Part shown: positions 1-7,632 of the stretch, one piece after another
How positions within the stretch are numbered: position 1 is the stretch's first letter
Layout: every line of letters starts with the position of its first letter
From: a virus
Lineage: Duplodnaviria > Caudoviricetes
IMG/VR virus record: IMGVR_UViG_3300021958_011541
Span: 16,001-80,000 of that record
DNA length: 64,000 nt
Strand: one strand, 5' to 3'
Made by a program: the position numbers and the translations under genes
Notes under the pieces: generated by a model
The model's database searches: none
What the model saw: only the letters and a program-made list of their open reading frames with translations
What the model was told of the DNA's origin: nothing

Positions 1-225
1 GAAGGGATTACTGTATACCCTCAGCTTTCAGTGTGAACATCAGTTCTACGAGTTCCTACTTGCACTACGCTTGGACTGGGAATCCTGCCTCAAATCATTC
101 GATTCATTGGCACGCCACCACAGAGAAACGTATACTTTATCTCGCTCACAACGAGATTATTCAGTCACCCACAGGAGATCTCCGTCGAGATTTCCAAAGT
201 CATTAAAATGTTAAAGATCAATTAT
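1..225 (-). ncRNA. Candidate structured non-coding RNA, 3' part beyond the left edge, family not identified
   Basis: About 46% GC over 1-180 against strongly AT-rich flanks; no long minus-strand ORF; local hairpins (139-144/152-157, 178-182/187-191); directly downstream of a TTGACA-N17-TATTAT promoter. Confidence 0.55.
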
Positions 226-231
226 TCGTAT

Positions 232-260
232 ATAATACGAAAACTAACTAGATTTGTCAA
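232..260 (-). promoter_or_regulatory. Sigma70-type promoter for the candidate ncRNA
   Basis: TTGACA (260-255), 17 nt, TATTAT (237-232). Confidence 0.8.
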
Positions 261-495
261 CATTTTTTTTGCAAAAATTAAAAACTAAAAATATATTTTT
301 TATATGCTTTATAAAAACATAACTTTTGTTAAAGAAGTTTGGCGCTGGTTTGACTTTGTCCACCCTGTCTATTGATGACTGGGTTAAACTATTTAACATT
401 GGACACAATAACTTAACTTCTCTTTCAGAAAGGAAAAGTTTTTTATTTTTAAAATAAACAAACCAAAAATCTTCTTCGTGGTATATATTTTTCAA
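244..495 (-). CDS. Hypothetical protein
   Basis: 83-aa ORF coupled to the upstream gene by a 4-nt overlap; no recognised motif. Confidence 0.55.
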   Translation of the reverse strand: MKNIYHEEDFWFVYFKNKKLFLSEREVKLLCPMLNSLTQSSIDRVDKVKPAPNFFNKSYVFIKHIKNIFLVFNFCKKNVDKSS

Positions 496-1013
496 TGTAA
501 CCTTGCATAACAGTGAACAATATTATTATGTAATAAAGACTCGTAGTAATCATAATTAAATAATTCTGAATTTGAATCTACATAATCTTTTGACTCCGCA
601 AAATCTAAAAAATTTATAGAACCATCATTAAAAACTTGAATCGATTCTGTGTTTCTAACATGCTTAACTAAAATGTATACTTTTGTTTTAAATTTCATAA
701 AGTTTGATTTGTTCATTATTCGCTTTTTAATTAAGTATTCTGCTACGGTTTGCGCAGCAACTTTTGATTTGTATTTAACTTTTTGATGAGTATTTTTAAT
801 TAAACAGTAATACTCTTTATTTTCAAAACTTAAACCTACTAGCGCATGCGGAGCAGCGGTGTCAAAAGTTCCTGTAGGAGAAAAGCCCTGCCTGACTGTT
901 TGAAACCTACTAAATACAGAGGCTCTTACTAGATTTGAAATAAACATAGCATTGTTTTTACCCCAATTTCTATCATTTATATTCTCTGTATATTTTGTAG
1001 TATATTCTTTCAT
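492..1013 (-). CDS. Hypothetical protein
   Basis: 173-aa ORF with 4-nt overlap to phoH. Confidence 0.75.
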   Translation of the reverse strand: MKEYTTKYTENINDRNWGKNNAMFISNLVRASVFSRFQTVRQGFSPTGTFDTAAPHALVGLSFENKEYYCLIKNTHQKVKYKSKVAAQTVAEYLIKKRIMNKSNFMKFKTKVYILVKHVRNTESIQVFNDGSINFLDFAESKDYVDSNSELFNYDYYESLLHNNIVHCYARLH

Positions 1014-1732
1014 TTTGGAAGTTTTGAAAAATTCTGAATTTTTTGAATTATAAACTTCAAAATTTTGCTTCTTTTAATATCTGAATGATTAAAAAAGAAA
1101 GTATGTATCCCTTTTTTAACACTATCTTCATCATTGAAAATCTTAATGAAATCTGGTAAGCCACTTTTTCCGTTGATGTCACTTTGCATTGGATCTCCAC
1201 AAATAAACAAAGTGCAATTTTCTCCTATACGGGTAATAAGCGTAGTTAATTCTTTAAAAGAGAAATTCTGGGCTTCGTCAGCTATAATAATTTTGTTATT
1301 CCAGCTCGCTCCCCGAAGGAAATTAACTGGTAATGCGGAAATTCTACCTTTATTTAATAAATCAGTTTTAAGTGTGTTGTTTTTGGGCAGAACCTCATCA
1401 AGTTTATCGAGCAAAGGTAATATATAGGGGTTGAACTTTTCTTCTAAATCTCCAGGCAAAGCGCCCATGCCTTTGTCTGCGCTTTCAATTACTGTTCGAA
1501 TATATATTAAGTCTTTGTTTGGATCTGCAGAAAGCAAGCGCATAGCTGAGTAAACAGACATATATGTTTTACTTGTGCCTGCTGGTCCTGCGACCAACAT
1601 TACTTTGGTGTCTTCTGATAAACTTTTTTCTAGAAAACTTAACTGTTTTTCGTCAAGCTTGAGACAATTTACTGTTATAGTTTGTTCTAGTTGAGGTATT
1701 TGGAATGTTTTTTTCTTTTTAGAAACTGCCAT
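1010..1732 (-). CDS. phoH: PhoH family ATPase
   Basis: GPAGTSKT Walker A, FLRGASW, IIADEAQN, GDPMQSD. Confidence 0.95.
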   Translation of the reverse strand: MAVSKKKKTFQIPQLEQTITVNCLKLDEKQLSFLEKSLSEDTKVMLVAGPAGTSKTYMSVYSAMRLLSADPNKDLIYIRTVIESADKGMGALPGDLEEKFNPYILPLLDKLDEVLPKNNTLKTDLLNKGRISALPVNFLRGASWNNKIIIADEAQNFSFKELTTLITRIGENCTLFICGDPMQSDINGKSGLPDFIKIFNDEDSVKKGIHTFFFNHSDIKRSKILKFIIQKIQNFSKLPK

Positions 1733-1741
1733 ATAAAAGTA

Positions 1742-1746
1742 TACAC
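1742..1746 (-). promoter_or_regulatory. GTGTA upstream motif (candidate phage promoter element)
   Basis: GTGTA followed by AT-rich sequence, 9 nt before the phoH ATG; recurs before at least 11 other genes. Confidence 0.5.
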
Positions 1747-1750
1747 ATTT

Positions 1751-1939
1751 TTACTTTAATGATATACCTTTTGATTCGCAAATTCCAACTGAATATCCAA
1801 CTTTATAGTTAAAGCAATTAATGTAACACGCCAGAGCCAAAATAATATAGGGTTCAAATTTATAGAAACCAAAATTTAAAAATAGCAATGCTCCTATAAT
1901 TAGGAATGGCATGAATTTATTTAATAAATAATTGGTCAT
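1751..1939 (-). CDS. Small predicted membrane protein
   Basis: 62 aa with two hydrophobic segments. Confidence 0.65.
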   Translation of the reverse strand: MTNYLLNKFMPFLIIGALLFLNFGFYKFEPYIILALACYINCFNYKVGYSVGICESKGISLK

Positions 1940-2130
1940 TACGTAATAGTGTGAGGATGTTTTGTTTTGACAAAGCTTACCTTAGTGGCATCTGGATCTT
2001 TCCAACGCTTCAAGGTTTCTACTAAAGCCGAAGCTCTTTCTTGAACTTCTTCAATAGTTTTATAGCTTTCTGGTTCAACCCGTCTTTTATTGCGGGTAAC
2101 AACATATACATATTCTGTGTTAATTGTCAT
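1939..2130 (-). CDS. Hypothetical protein
   Basis: 63-aa ORF abutting both neighbours in a tight operon. Confidence 0.7.
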   Translation of the reverse strand: MTINTEYVYVVTRNKRRVEPESYKTIEEVQERASALVETLKRWKDPDATKVSFVKTKHPHTIT

Positions 2131-2131
2131 A

Positions 2132-2668
2132 TTATTTTTTCCACTTAGTTATATTTTTTAGTTTAAGTAAATCTTCGACTTTTACTTGTGTAATTTGATC
2201 TCTTCTTCCAGACCTTTGATAAATTCTATATTTTGCTTGAGAGGCCCTGTCTACATAATCTAAATCAAATCTAACGTTAGATTTAACGACCTCTATTAAA
2301 ACTTTTCTTGGGCAAAGAATAAAACAATCTTGTTGCTCAAAAGCAATAAAATCTGACTGACCATATAACCAACCATCTCTACCTTGAACATTTTTAATTT
2401 CTACCCAAACCCAAGAATCATTAAACTTTGAATCTTTTCTACTAGTCTTTTTTCTAGCTTTAATATCCACAGTAATTGTGTGGTCGCTTCCTGTATCTTT
2501 GCTCCGACCAGTGAGATAAAAATCGATATGATCAAAAATGTTTTGATTTCTCGTTGCTTTTTTAACAACATAATTTCTTGCTGTTGCCATATCTAAGAAT
2601 AGTTCTTCTGCGCTAGCACCTTGAGTAGCGCATTCTCCACTTTTGTCAAATTTGTTTTGGTATGTCAT
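2132..2668 (-). CDS. Putative PD-(D/E)XK restriction-endonuclease-fold protein
   Basis: HIDF...VDIKARKK...WVEIKNVQGRDGWLY pattern. Confidence 0.55.
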   Translation of the reverse strand: MTYQNKFDKSGECATQGASAEELFLDMATARNYVVKKATRNQNIFDHIDFYLTGRSKDTGSDHTITVDIKARKKTSRKDSKFNDSWVWVEIKNVQGRDGWLYGQSDFIAFEQQDCFILCPRKVLIEVVKSNVRFDLDYVDRASQAKYRIYQRSGRRDQITQVKVEDLLKLKNITKWKK

Positions 2669-2680
2669 GATTATGGTTAT

Positions 2681-2709
2681 ATAATACTAGTATATATTGA
2701 AAAAGTCAA
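2681..2709 (-). promoter_or_regulatory. Sigma70-type promoter
   Basis: TTGACT-N17-TATTAT, 12 nt before the ATG at 2668. Confidence 0.75.
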
Positions 2710-2712
2710 GGG

Positions 2713-3144
2713 TTATTTTCCAGAAGAACCAAATCCTCCTGTTCCTCTGTCTGAGTCAGAAAGCTCTGAGACTTCTTGCAGTTCAATTTTAGGCAACCTA
2801 AGAAAAACGATTTGTCCAATTTTATCCCCAATACTATAGCCTGAAGCAGTAGGATCTTCGGTGAATCTAAATTTAACTTCTCCTCTATACCCCGAATCAA
2901 TTACTCCAACAGAATTTCTTAAGGAGTGTCTGGTATTGCTAATACTTGAGCGAGGAAACAGAAGGCCTACGTAACCCCTGGGAATATCAAAACAAACTCC
3001 TGTTCCGTACTCGATATATAATCCTGTATTATTCATTGTTGGCTCTTGTTTGCTTTCTGCGTATAAATCAAAACCTGCATCATATTCGTGAGCCTTTGTT
3101 ATACCTTTGCTGAACTGTTCTAATTTTTTATATTTTATTTTCAT
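2713..3144 (-). CDS. dut: Trimeric dUTPase
   Basis: DAGFDL, PRSS, GVIDSGYRGE, RGTGGFGSSG. Confidence 0.97.
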   Translation of the reverse strand: MKIKYKKLEQFSKGITKAHEYDAGFDLYAESKQEPTMNNTGLYIEYGTGVCFDIPRGYVGLLFPRSSISNTRHSLRNSVGVIDSGYRGEVKFRFTEDPTASGYSIGDKIGQIVFLRLPKIELQEVSELSDSDRGTGGFGSSGK

Positions 3145-3563
3145 ATAATGTTATGTACTTGTATGTTTGCTTTTGATAGAAGGTCTACGCCCTCAAAATC
3201 TTTGTAAAATTCTTTATAAACAACTCTTTTGATTTCTGATTGTATAATCAATTTTGCGCACTCAACGCATGGATTAATTGTAATATACATTGTTGCGTCA
3301 ATGCTTGATTGAGTTGATTTTGCTAATTTAGTTATTGCATTACTTTCTGCATGTAAAACTTCTGGCTTAGTAGTCAAAGACGATCCTTTTTGATCTTCAC
3401 AGCAATTATCAAATCCAGCAGGAGTTCCGTTAAAACCATCAGAAATTACACATCCATTTTTAACAATTAAGCATCCAACTTTTTTTCTCTGGGCTTTTGA
3501 TAAACTTGCCCAAGTTTCAGCCATAGATAAATAAGTTTTATCTAACTCTGTTTGATTTGCCAT
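3141..3563 (-). CDS. dCMP deaminase
   Basis: GFNGTPAG, HAESNAI and PCVEC zinc motifs. Confidence 0.95.
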   Translation of the reverse strand: MANQTELDKTYLSMAETWASLSKAQRKKVGCLIVKNGCVISDGFNGTPAGFDNCCEDQKGSSLTTKPEVLHAESNAITKLAKSTQSSIDATMYITINPCVECAKLIIQSEIKRVVYKEFYKDFEGVDLLSKANIQVHNII

Positions 3564-3569
3564 GCCCCC

Positions 3570-3598
3570 ATGATACCCTATTTAAAAATAAGAGTCAA
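3570..3598 (-). promoter_or_regulatory. Sigma70-type promoter, probably leaderless
   Basis: TTGACT-N17-TATCAT with only 6 nt to the ATG at 3563. Confidence 0.75.
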
Positions 3599-3603
3599 TA
3601 GTT

Positions 3604-3858
3604 TTATCTTCTTCGTGGTCTCCTTAAAGGTTTTTTGCTTGGACTATTTTTTTTTGTTAGCCCTTTTTTGGACATAGACTCCTTTAGTTCCACAACAAAA
3701 TCGGTGACGATTGTACTATCTGGATCTTCTAACTGTTCTTTTCCTATAAAAAAAGAAAAAGTTAAAGGTTTATCTGGCAGTCTGCTACCAACAACAGTTA
3801 TAGTTTGATTATCTTTAGTCCAAGAATAAAACTGCAAGTTTTTCCCCTTTTCGATCAT
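3604..3858 (-). CDS. Hypothetical protein with basic C-terminus
   Basis: 84-aa ORF, 4-nt overlap with upstream gene. Confidence 0.65.
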   Translation of the reverse strand: MIEKGKNLQFYSWTKDNQTITVVGSRLPDKPLTFSFFIGKEQLEDPDSTIVTDFVVELKESMSKKGLTKKNSPSKKPLRRPRRR

Positions 3859-4178
3859 ATAAAAAATTTACATACTTGTCCTAGGCTTGCTGTATGCATA
3901 AGATTCTGAGTTTTAATTTGAGAATCTGAAAAGCCCTCTGCTATTGCCCATTTTGTCATTGATTCAGACCAATTTGGTGCATAAATCGCTGCTTCGAAAA
4001 TATTATGCTCTGCCGAAATGCTTGCCATATCACCCCTGTTGTTTACTATAATAGAATGAAACACGGGTTCTTCAACGTATTCGTGATCTAATTCTACATC
4101 TAATAACAAGCAAGTTTCTAAAATGAATTTAGTTTTCTCGATAACAATTTTTTTATTTTTATCTTCCATATAAGGCAT
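3855..4178 (-). CDS. Hypothetical protein
   Basis: 107-aa ORF in operon context. Confidence 0.65.
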   Translation of the reverse strand: MPYMEDKNKKIVIEKTKFILETCLLLDVELDHEYVEEPVFHSIIVNNRGDMASISAEHNIFEAAIYAPNWSESMTKWAIAEGFSDSQIKTQNLMHTASLGQVCKFFI

Positions 4179-4527
4179 TTAGTATTTCTTTTGACCTTGC
4201 TCTAAGCCTAGCTTGTTCTCTTTGCTCTGCCTCAAGCAATTCTTTTTGTTTTTCAACTTCAGATTTTTGCTTTGCTTCTTCAGCTTTTAATCTTGCTAAC
4301 TCAGCTTCTTCTTGTTCGATTCTTTCCTTTTCTGCAGCCTCTTCTTCTGGAGTTCCATGAGCAACAACTAAAACCATCACTTTTTCCGATGGTTTTCTAG
4401 GATCAAGATTCTTGGCATACTCTACAAGATCATACCATTGTTCTTTATCAACTTCCATAAAGGAAGAAGAAGCTCTAAGCTTTTCTGGTACAGCCGAGCT
4501 AGTTATTAGCCCGTACTCTACCTCCAT
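4159..4527 (-). CDS. Hypothetical protein with charged coiled-coil C-terminus
   Basis: 122 aa, E/A/K-rich helix. Confidence 0.75.
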   Translation of the reverse strand: MEVEYGLITSSAVPEKLRASSSFMEVDKEQWYDLVEYAKNLDPRKPSEKVMVLVVAHGTPEEEAAEKERIEQEEAELARLKAEEAKQKSEVEKQKELLEAEQREQARLRARSKEILNALYGR

Positions 4528-4910
4528 TAGGTTATAACTTCTCCGTTGATATCCATGCTGCCCACACCGTACTGGAAGCTGACTGTATAAGTTCTACGAC
4601 TCGTTGCTTCGCCAGTGAAGGAAAGAGCTCCTCTAGTAAGCGTAAAATTATCAATTGCAGTGTCAGCATCTAGTTCAGACATATGCTTATAATAGGCTTC
4701 AAGTACCCCCCAGGCAATCTTTCTGTGGTCATTCTGAGCTTCAGTGGCTGTTAGTTCGTGATCCGTGGGAGCTCCTGACTGGCCTACTAAAGTGCTAAGA
4801 GGCAAAAATATACCATCTTCTGGTATAGTTGGGGTTGCTCCTGTTGTGTAAACTGAATAATTGGTTCCAAAAACGCCCGATGGATGTAAATTGAATTCTC
4901 TTCCTGCCAT
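4527..4910 (-). CDS. Hypothetical protein, apparent paralog of 23017..23448
   Basis: Colinear shared blocks GIFLP/GIFIP, DHRKIAWGVLE/DSRYLIWNMLE, RRTYTVSF/KKDYNISL. Confidence 0.75.
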   Translation of the reverse strand: MAGREFNLHPSGVFGTNYSVYTTGATPTIPEDGIFLPLSTLVGQSGAPTDHELTATEAQNDHRKIAWGVLEAYYKHMSELDADTAIDNFTLTRGALSFTGEATSRRTYTVSFQYGVGSMDINGEVIT

Positions 4911-4989
4911 AATAAATAAAAGTTAGTGTGTTAAATAGTTACAAGATATTACACACTAAAATATTTTTTTGCCAGAAAAAAAGAAAATT

Positions 4990-5328
4990 TTATTTAAGCA
5001 GTTCCTCAAGCTCTTGTTCAAGATTATCTTCTTGATCATTTTTTGCAGCAGAAGTTTTTTGAGTCTGCTGTTTTTGCGCAGGCTCAGACTTATAAACTAC
5101 AAAATCAGGAGCTTTTTCATTGTCGTTCTTGTATTTATTTGAAAAAACAACTAGACGCACTTCTTGCGGATCTAACTCGTCTCCCATTTTAACATACCCT
5201 GATAAGTATTTTTGGCTCTTGCCACTGCGTCTCCACAGAGCTCCAATTTCGCGTTCTTTCCAATCGTTAGTTTGATTATTATCGTTTTCCATAATTTTAT
5301 TATTGTTTTGAGTTGTGAATAGTTTCAA
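4990..5328 (-). CDS. Hypothetical protein, possibly DUF736-like; likely start at the second Met (MENDNN)
   Basis: EIGALWRR...YLSGYV...LVVFSN...APDF pattern and acidic tail. Confidence 0.6.
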   Translation of the reverse strand: MKLFTTQNNNKIMENDNNQTNDWKEREIGALWRRSGKSQKYLSGYVKMGDELDPQEVRLVVFSNKYKNDNEKAPDFVVYKSEPAQKQQTQKTSAAKNDQEDNLEQELEELLK

Positions 5329-5512
5329 GATTCTTAATAAATTTTTCTCTGTCTTCTCTATTCATTGAATTATATTGTTTTTTTGCTAGTCTGTAAGCTT
5401 TTTTACTTGTTGCATCTCCTTCTTTAGGATTAAAGAGAAGCTTTAATCTTTTGGATGACTTTCCGTTCATTTTTGAGTGGACTGCTGTGATACTTGACCC
5501 TTTGCAAACCAT
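5300..5512 (-). CDS. Small basic hypothetical protein; real start probably the internal MNGK
   Basis: ORF track; overlaps both neighbours. Confidence 0.55.
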   Translation of the reverse strand: MVCKGSSITAVHSKMNGKSSKRLKLLFNPKEGDATSKKAYRLAKKQYNSMNREDREKFIKNLETIHNSKQ

Positions 5513-5838
5513 TTGTCCATTGCGCCAACCAAAGAGTCGTATTTTTCTGCCTCTTCGATTTTAGATTTTATTGTCTCTCCTACATTTGCGTGGTCTCCTA
5601 CTCCCACTCCGTGCTGCAAAAGCATTGATATGTCTGCGAGAGCTTGTTCTCTAAGGCCAACATACTGATTAAAAATTGACTGAATATATTGTTGGGTTGG
5701 TAGTTTCGGGCTTGCGCCCTGTAAGGCATCTCCAAGCATGGCGTTAAGTTGTTCTGGTGTAGGAGTAAATGAATCTCCTAATCTCGTTGCTCCCTCTAAA
5801 GGGTTTTTTGGACTGTTTGTCATTTCTTCTTGAGTCAT
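5467..5838 (-). CDS. Hypothetical protein
   Basis: 123-aa helical ORF. Confidence 0.75.
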   Translation of the reverse strand: MTQEEMTNSPKNPLEGATRLGDSFTPTPEQLNAMLGDALQGASPKLPTQQYIQSIFNQYVGLREQALADISMLLQHGVGVGDHANVGETIKSKIEEAEKYDSLVGAMDKWFAKGQVSQQSTQK

Positions 5839-5926
5839 AATTAAAATTTTCCTTTCTCTAAAACTTGATAAAATAAATAGCTAAAAATAATGAATAATAT
5901 TAAATCGAACATAAGTATTTTCTATA

Positions 5927-6463
5927 TTATCTGAATTGTTTTTGTAATAGTCTCCATCTATCTGAATCTATTGGTTTGTTTCCATTGTCTATAGCATACA
6001 ACATTTCAACAACTTCGTCAAGACTATTATAAATATATTTATGTGGCAACATGCCGAGCATCCATAGAGGAGTTTTAGCTTTGCCTCCCTCCATGCTAAT
6101 GAAAATTGGTTTTTTCATGCGTACAGCTGTTACAATTTCTTCTGCGCTACCCCATGAAGCTACATCTGGAACAAGATGGGCTATGATAAAGTCCGAACGA
6201 TCTACCAAATTTAAATCATAAGATCTTACGGTTTTCATTCTGTCAGTAACCCTATCGTATTGTTTAGTTTTCATCCATGTTTCCATTTCTATTCTTGAAG
6301 CTTCATCTTCTTCTACATCTTTCATGAATGGCTTTTTGTATGGATCAAAACAAGTAATCTCTAGCGGCTGAAGTTTATCTGTAACTTCTTCGCGCCAGTT
6401 TCGGCCACTAAGATATTGCATGTGGCCGACTAAATATGTTTTTGTTTTATATAAGAGATTCAT
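5927..6463 (-). CDS. Nucleoside 2-deoxyribosyltransferase-like protein
   Basis: YLVGHM...WRE...FDP...D..LVDRSDFIIA...SWGSAEEI family pattern. Confidence 0.75.
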   Translation of the reverse strand: MNLLYKTKTYLVGHMQYLSGRNWREEVTDKLQPLEITCFDPYKKPFMKDVEEDEASRIEMETWMKTKQYDRVTDRMKTVRSYDLNLVDRSDFIIAHLVPDVASWGSAEEIVTAVRMKKPIFISMEGGKAKTPLWMLGMLPHKYIYNSLDEVVEMLYAIDNGNKPIDSDRWRLLQKQFR

Positions 6464-6471
6464 TGTTGGGT

Positions 6472-6500
6472 ATTATTGCACATAATATATTATTTGTCAA
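6472..6500 (-). promoter_or_regulatory. Sigma70-type promoter with extended -10
   Basis: TTGACA-N17-AATAAT preceded by TGn, 8 nt before the ATG. Confidence 0.6.
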
Positions 6501-6527
6501 GAAAAATGGCGGAGCGTATATCCTATA

Positions 6528-7136
6528 CTATTTAATAAAATACCAAGTAGGAAAGGCTGATTCCATAGTTGTTGTCACTTCTTTACTAATACTTGATGCA
6601 AAATCATCAACAGCACCTTTTACACTTCTTGGTTCTATTGTGCCATCTTCACATATAGACCAGTCTTGGTCTGGTGTTACTCTCTTAACGTCTGCTGCGG
6701 TCATATAATCATGACCACTCACAATACCTCCTCGTTTAACTTTTGGGTAATAACACTCTATGTCCTCCTTACAGCCAAGATAGTCATGTCTTGCATCTAT
6801 AAAAACCCAGTCTAAACTATCGTTAGGTATCTCATGGCACATGATTGAGGAGCGGCCTCTCAGTATAGTAACTTTATCTTTCCATGGATGTATGTTATGT
6901 AGTGTTTCTTGATAGTAGGATTCTTGTATGTCGTTGTTGACATTAGCGCGGTCGTTATAATTGGACTGTCGTTCCCATATATCTATTAAGTATAATTTTT
7001 CTATAGAAGGTATGCATTCAAGTATTAGTTTTGAGAAAAAACCTTTTTGGACGCCTACTTCGCATACAACTCTTGGTTTATATTCATCATAAAATCCTTT
7101 AAGCATATGCCTTCTGCGTGTTCTGTATCTTTTCAT
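6528..7136 (-). CDS. Class I SAM-dependent methyltransferase (Methyltransf_24-like)
   Basis: EVGVQKG motif I; LDWVFIDARHDY; GGIVSGHDY. Confidence 0.9.
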   Translation of the reverse strand: MKRYRTRRRHMLKGFYDEYKPRVVCEVGVQKGFFSKLILECIPSIEKLYLIDIWERQSNYNDRANVNNDIQESYYQETLHNIHPWKDKVTILRGRSSIMCHEIPNDSLDWVFIDARHDYLGCKEDIECYYPKVKRGGIVSGHDYMTAADVKRVTPDQDWSICEDGTIEPRSVKGAVDDFASSISKEVTTTMESAFPTWYFIK

Positions 7137-7182
7137 AAATAATATTTATTATATTTTTGTATTAAATTTATCTGAAGTTTAT

Positions 7183-7211
7183 AGAATACAATTTTTTTAC
7201 ATTAGAGTCAA
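7183..7211 (-). promoter_or_regulatory. Sigma70-type promoter
   Basis: TTGACT-N17-TATTCT upstream of 6528..7136. Confidence 0.65.
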
Positions 7212-7242
7212 GAAAAAATTTGAATATCGTGTATATTTTATC

Positions 7243-7356
7243 ATGACAAAGAGAAAAATACTAATTATGGGGCTTCCTGGTTCTGGAAAAACAACCCTTG
7301 CTGAGAAGCTTGTGGAGAAATTAAATGCCGCGCTTCGCGCCAATTTCTGCCGCTAA
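7243..7356 (+). pseudogene. 5' fragment of a P-loop kinase (adenylylsulfate-kinase-like); homology ends near 7330
   Basis: MTKRKILIMGLPGSGKTTLAEKLVEKLNA, then runs into unrelated sequence and stops; GTGTA motif 9 nt upstream. Confidence 0.8.
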
Positions 7357-7408
7357 GATATTGCATGTGTCCAACTAAATAAGTTTTTGTATTTTCGAGT
7401 AAATTCAT
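7333..7408 (-). pseudogene. 5' fragment of a second copy of the 5927..6463 gene
   Basis: 63/76 nt and 23/25 aa identical to the start of 5927..6463 by manual alignment. Confidence 0.85.
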
Positions 7409-7419
7409 TTGATGATGAT

Positions 7420-7448
7420 ATATTACTATTAATAGAATCCAATGTCAA
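7420..7448 (-). promoter_or_regulatory. Sigma70-type promoter retained before the truncated copy
   Basis: TTGACA-N17-TAATAT. Confidence 0.5.
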
Positions 7449-7497
7449 GCTATAAATTATAAATTTGAACAAAAGCTAGTTGGTTTTATAATATAAC

Positions 7498-7632
7498 ATG
7501 AATAATTTAATAGACTGTTTTACTTCTGCCTGTCACCACCCTGAGCACTTGATTATACCCTTGCTTGTTGTTGCGAGCATTGGGGTAATTTTTTATAGCT
7601 TTTGTAAAGCGAAAAAATCTAAATCGAGATAA
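7498..7632 (+). CDS. Small single-pass membrane protein (44 aa), below the ORF-track cutoff
   Basis: MNNLIDCFTSACHHPEH-LIIPLLVVASIGVIFYSF-CKAKKSKSR; TTGAAC-N16-TATAAT ends 5 nt before the ATG. Confidence 0.55.
   Translation: MNNLIDCFTSACHHPEHLIIPLLVVASIGVIFYSFCKAKKSKSR

Noticed and set aside
1-225. RNase P RNA or rRNA fragment
   Set aside because: Lacks the GAGGAAAGUCC signature and any rRNA segment I recognise
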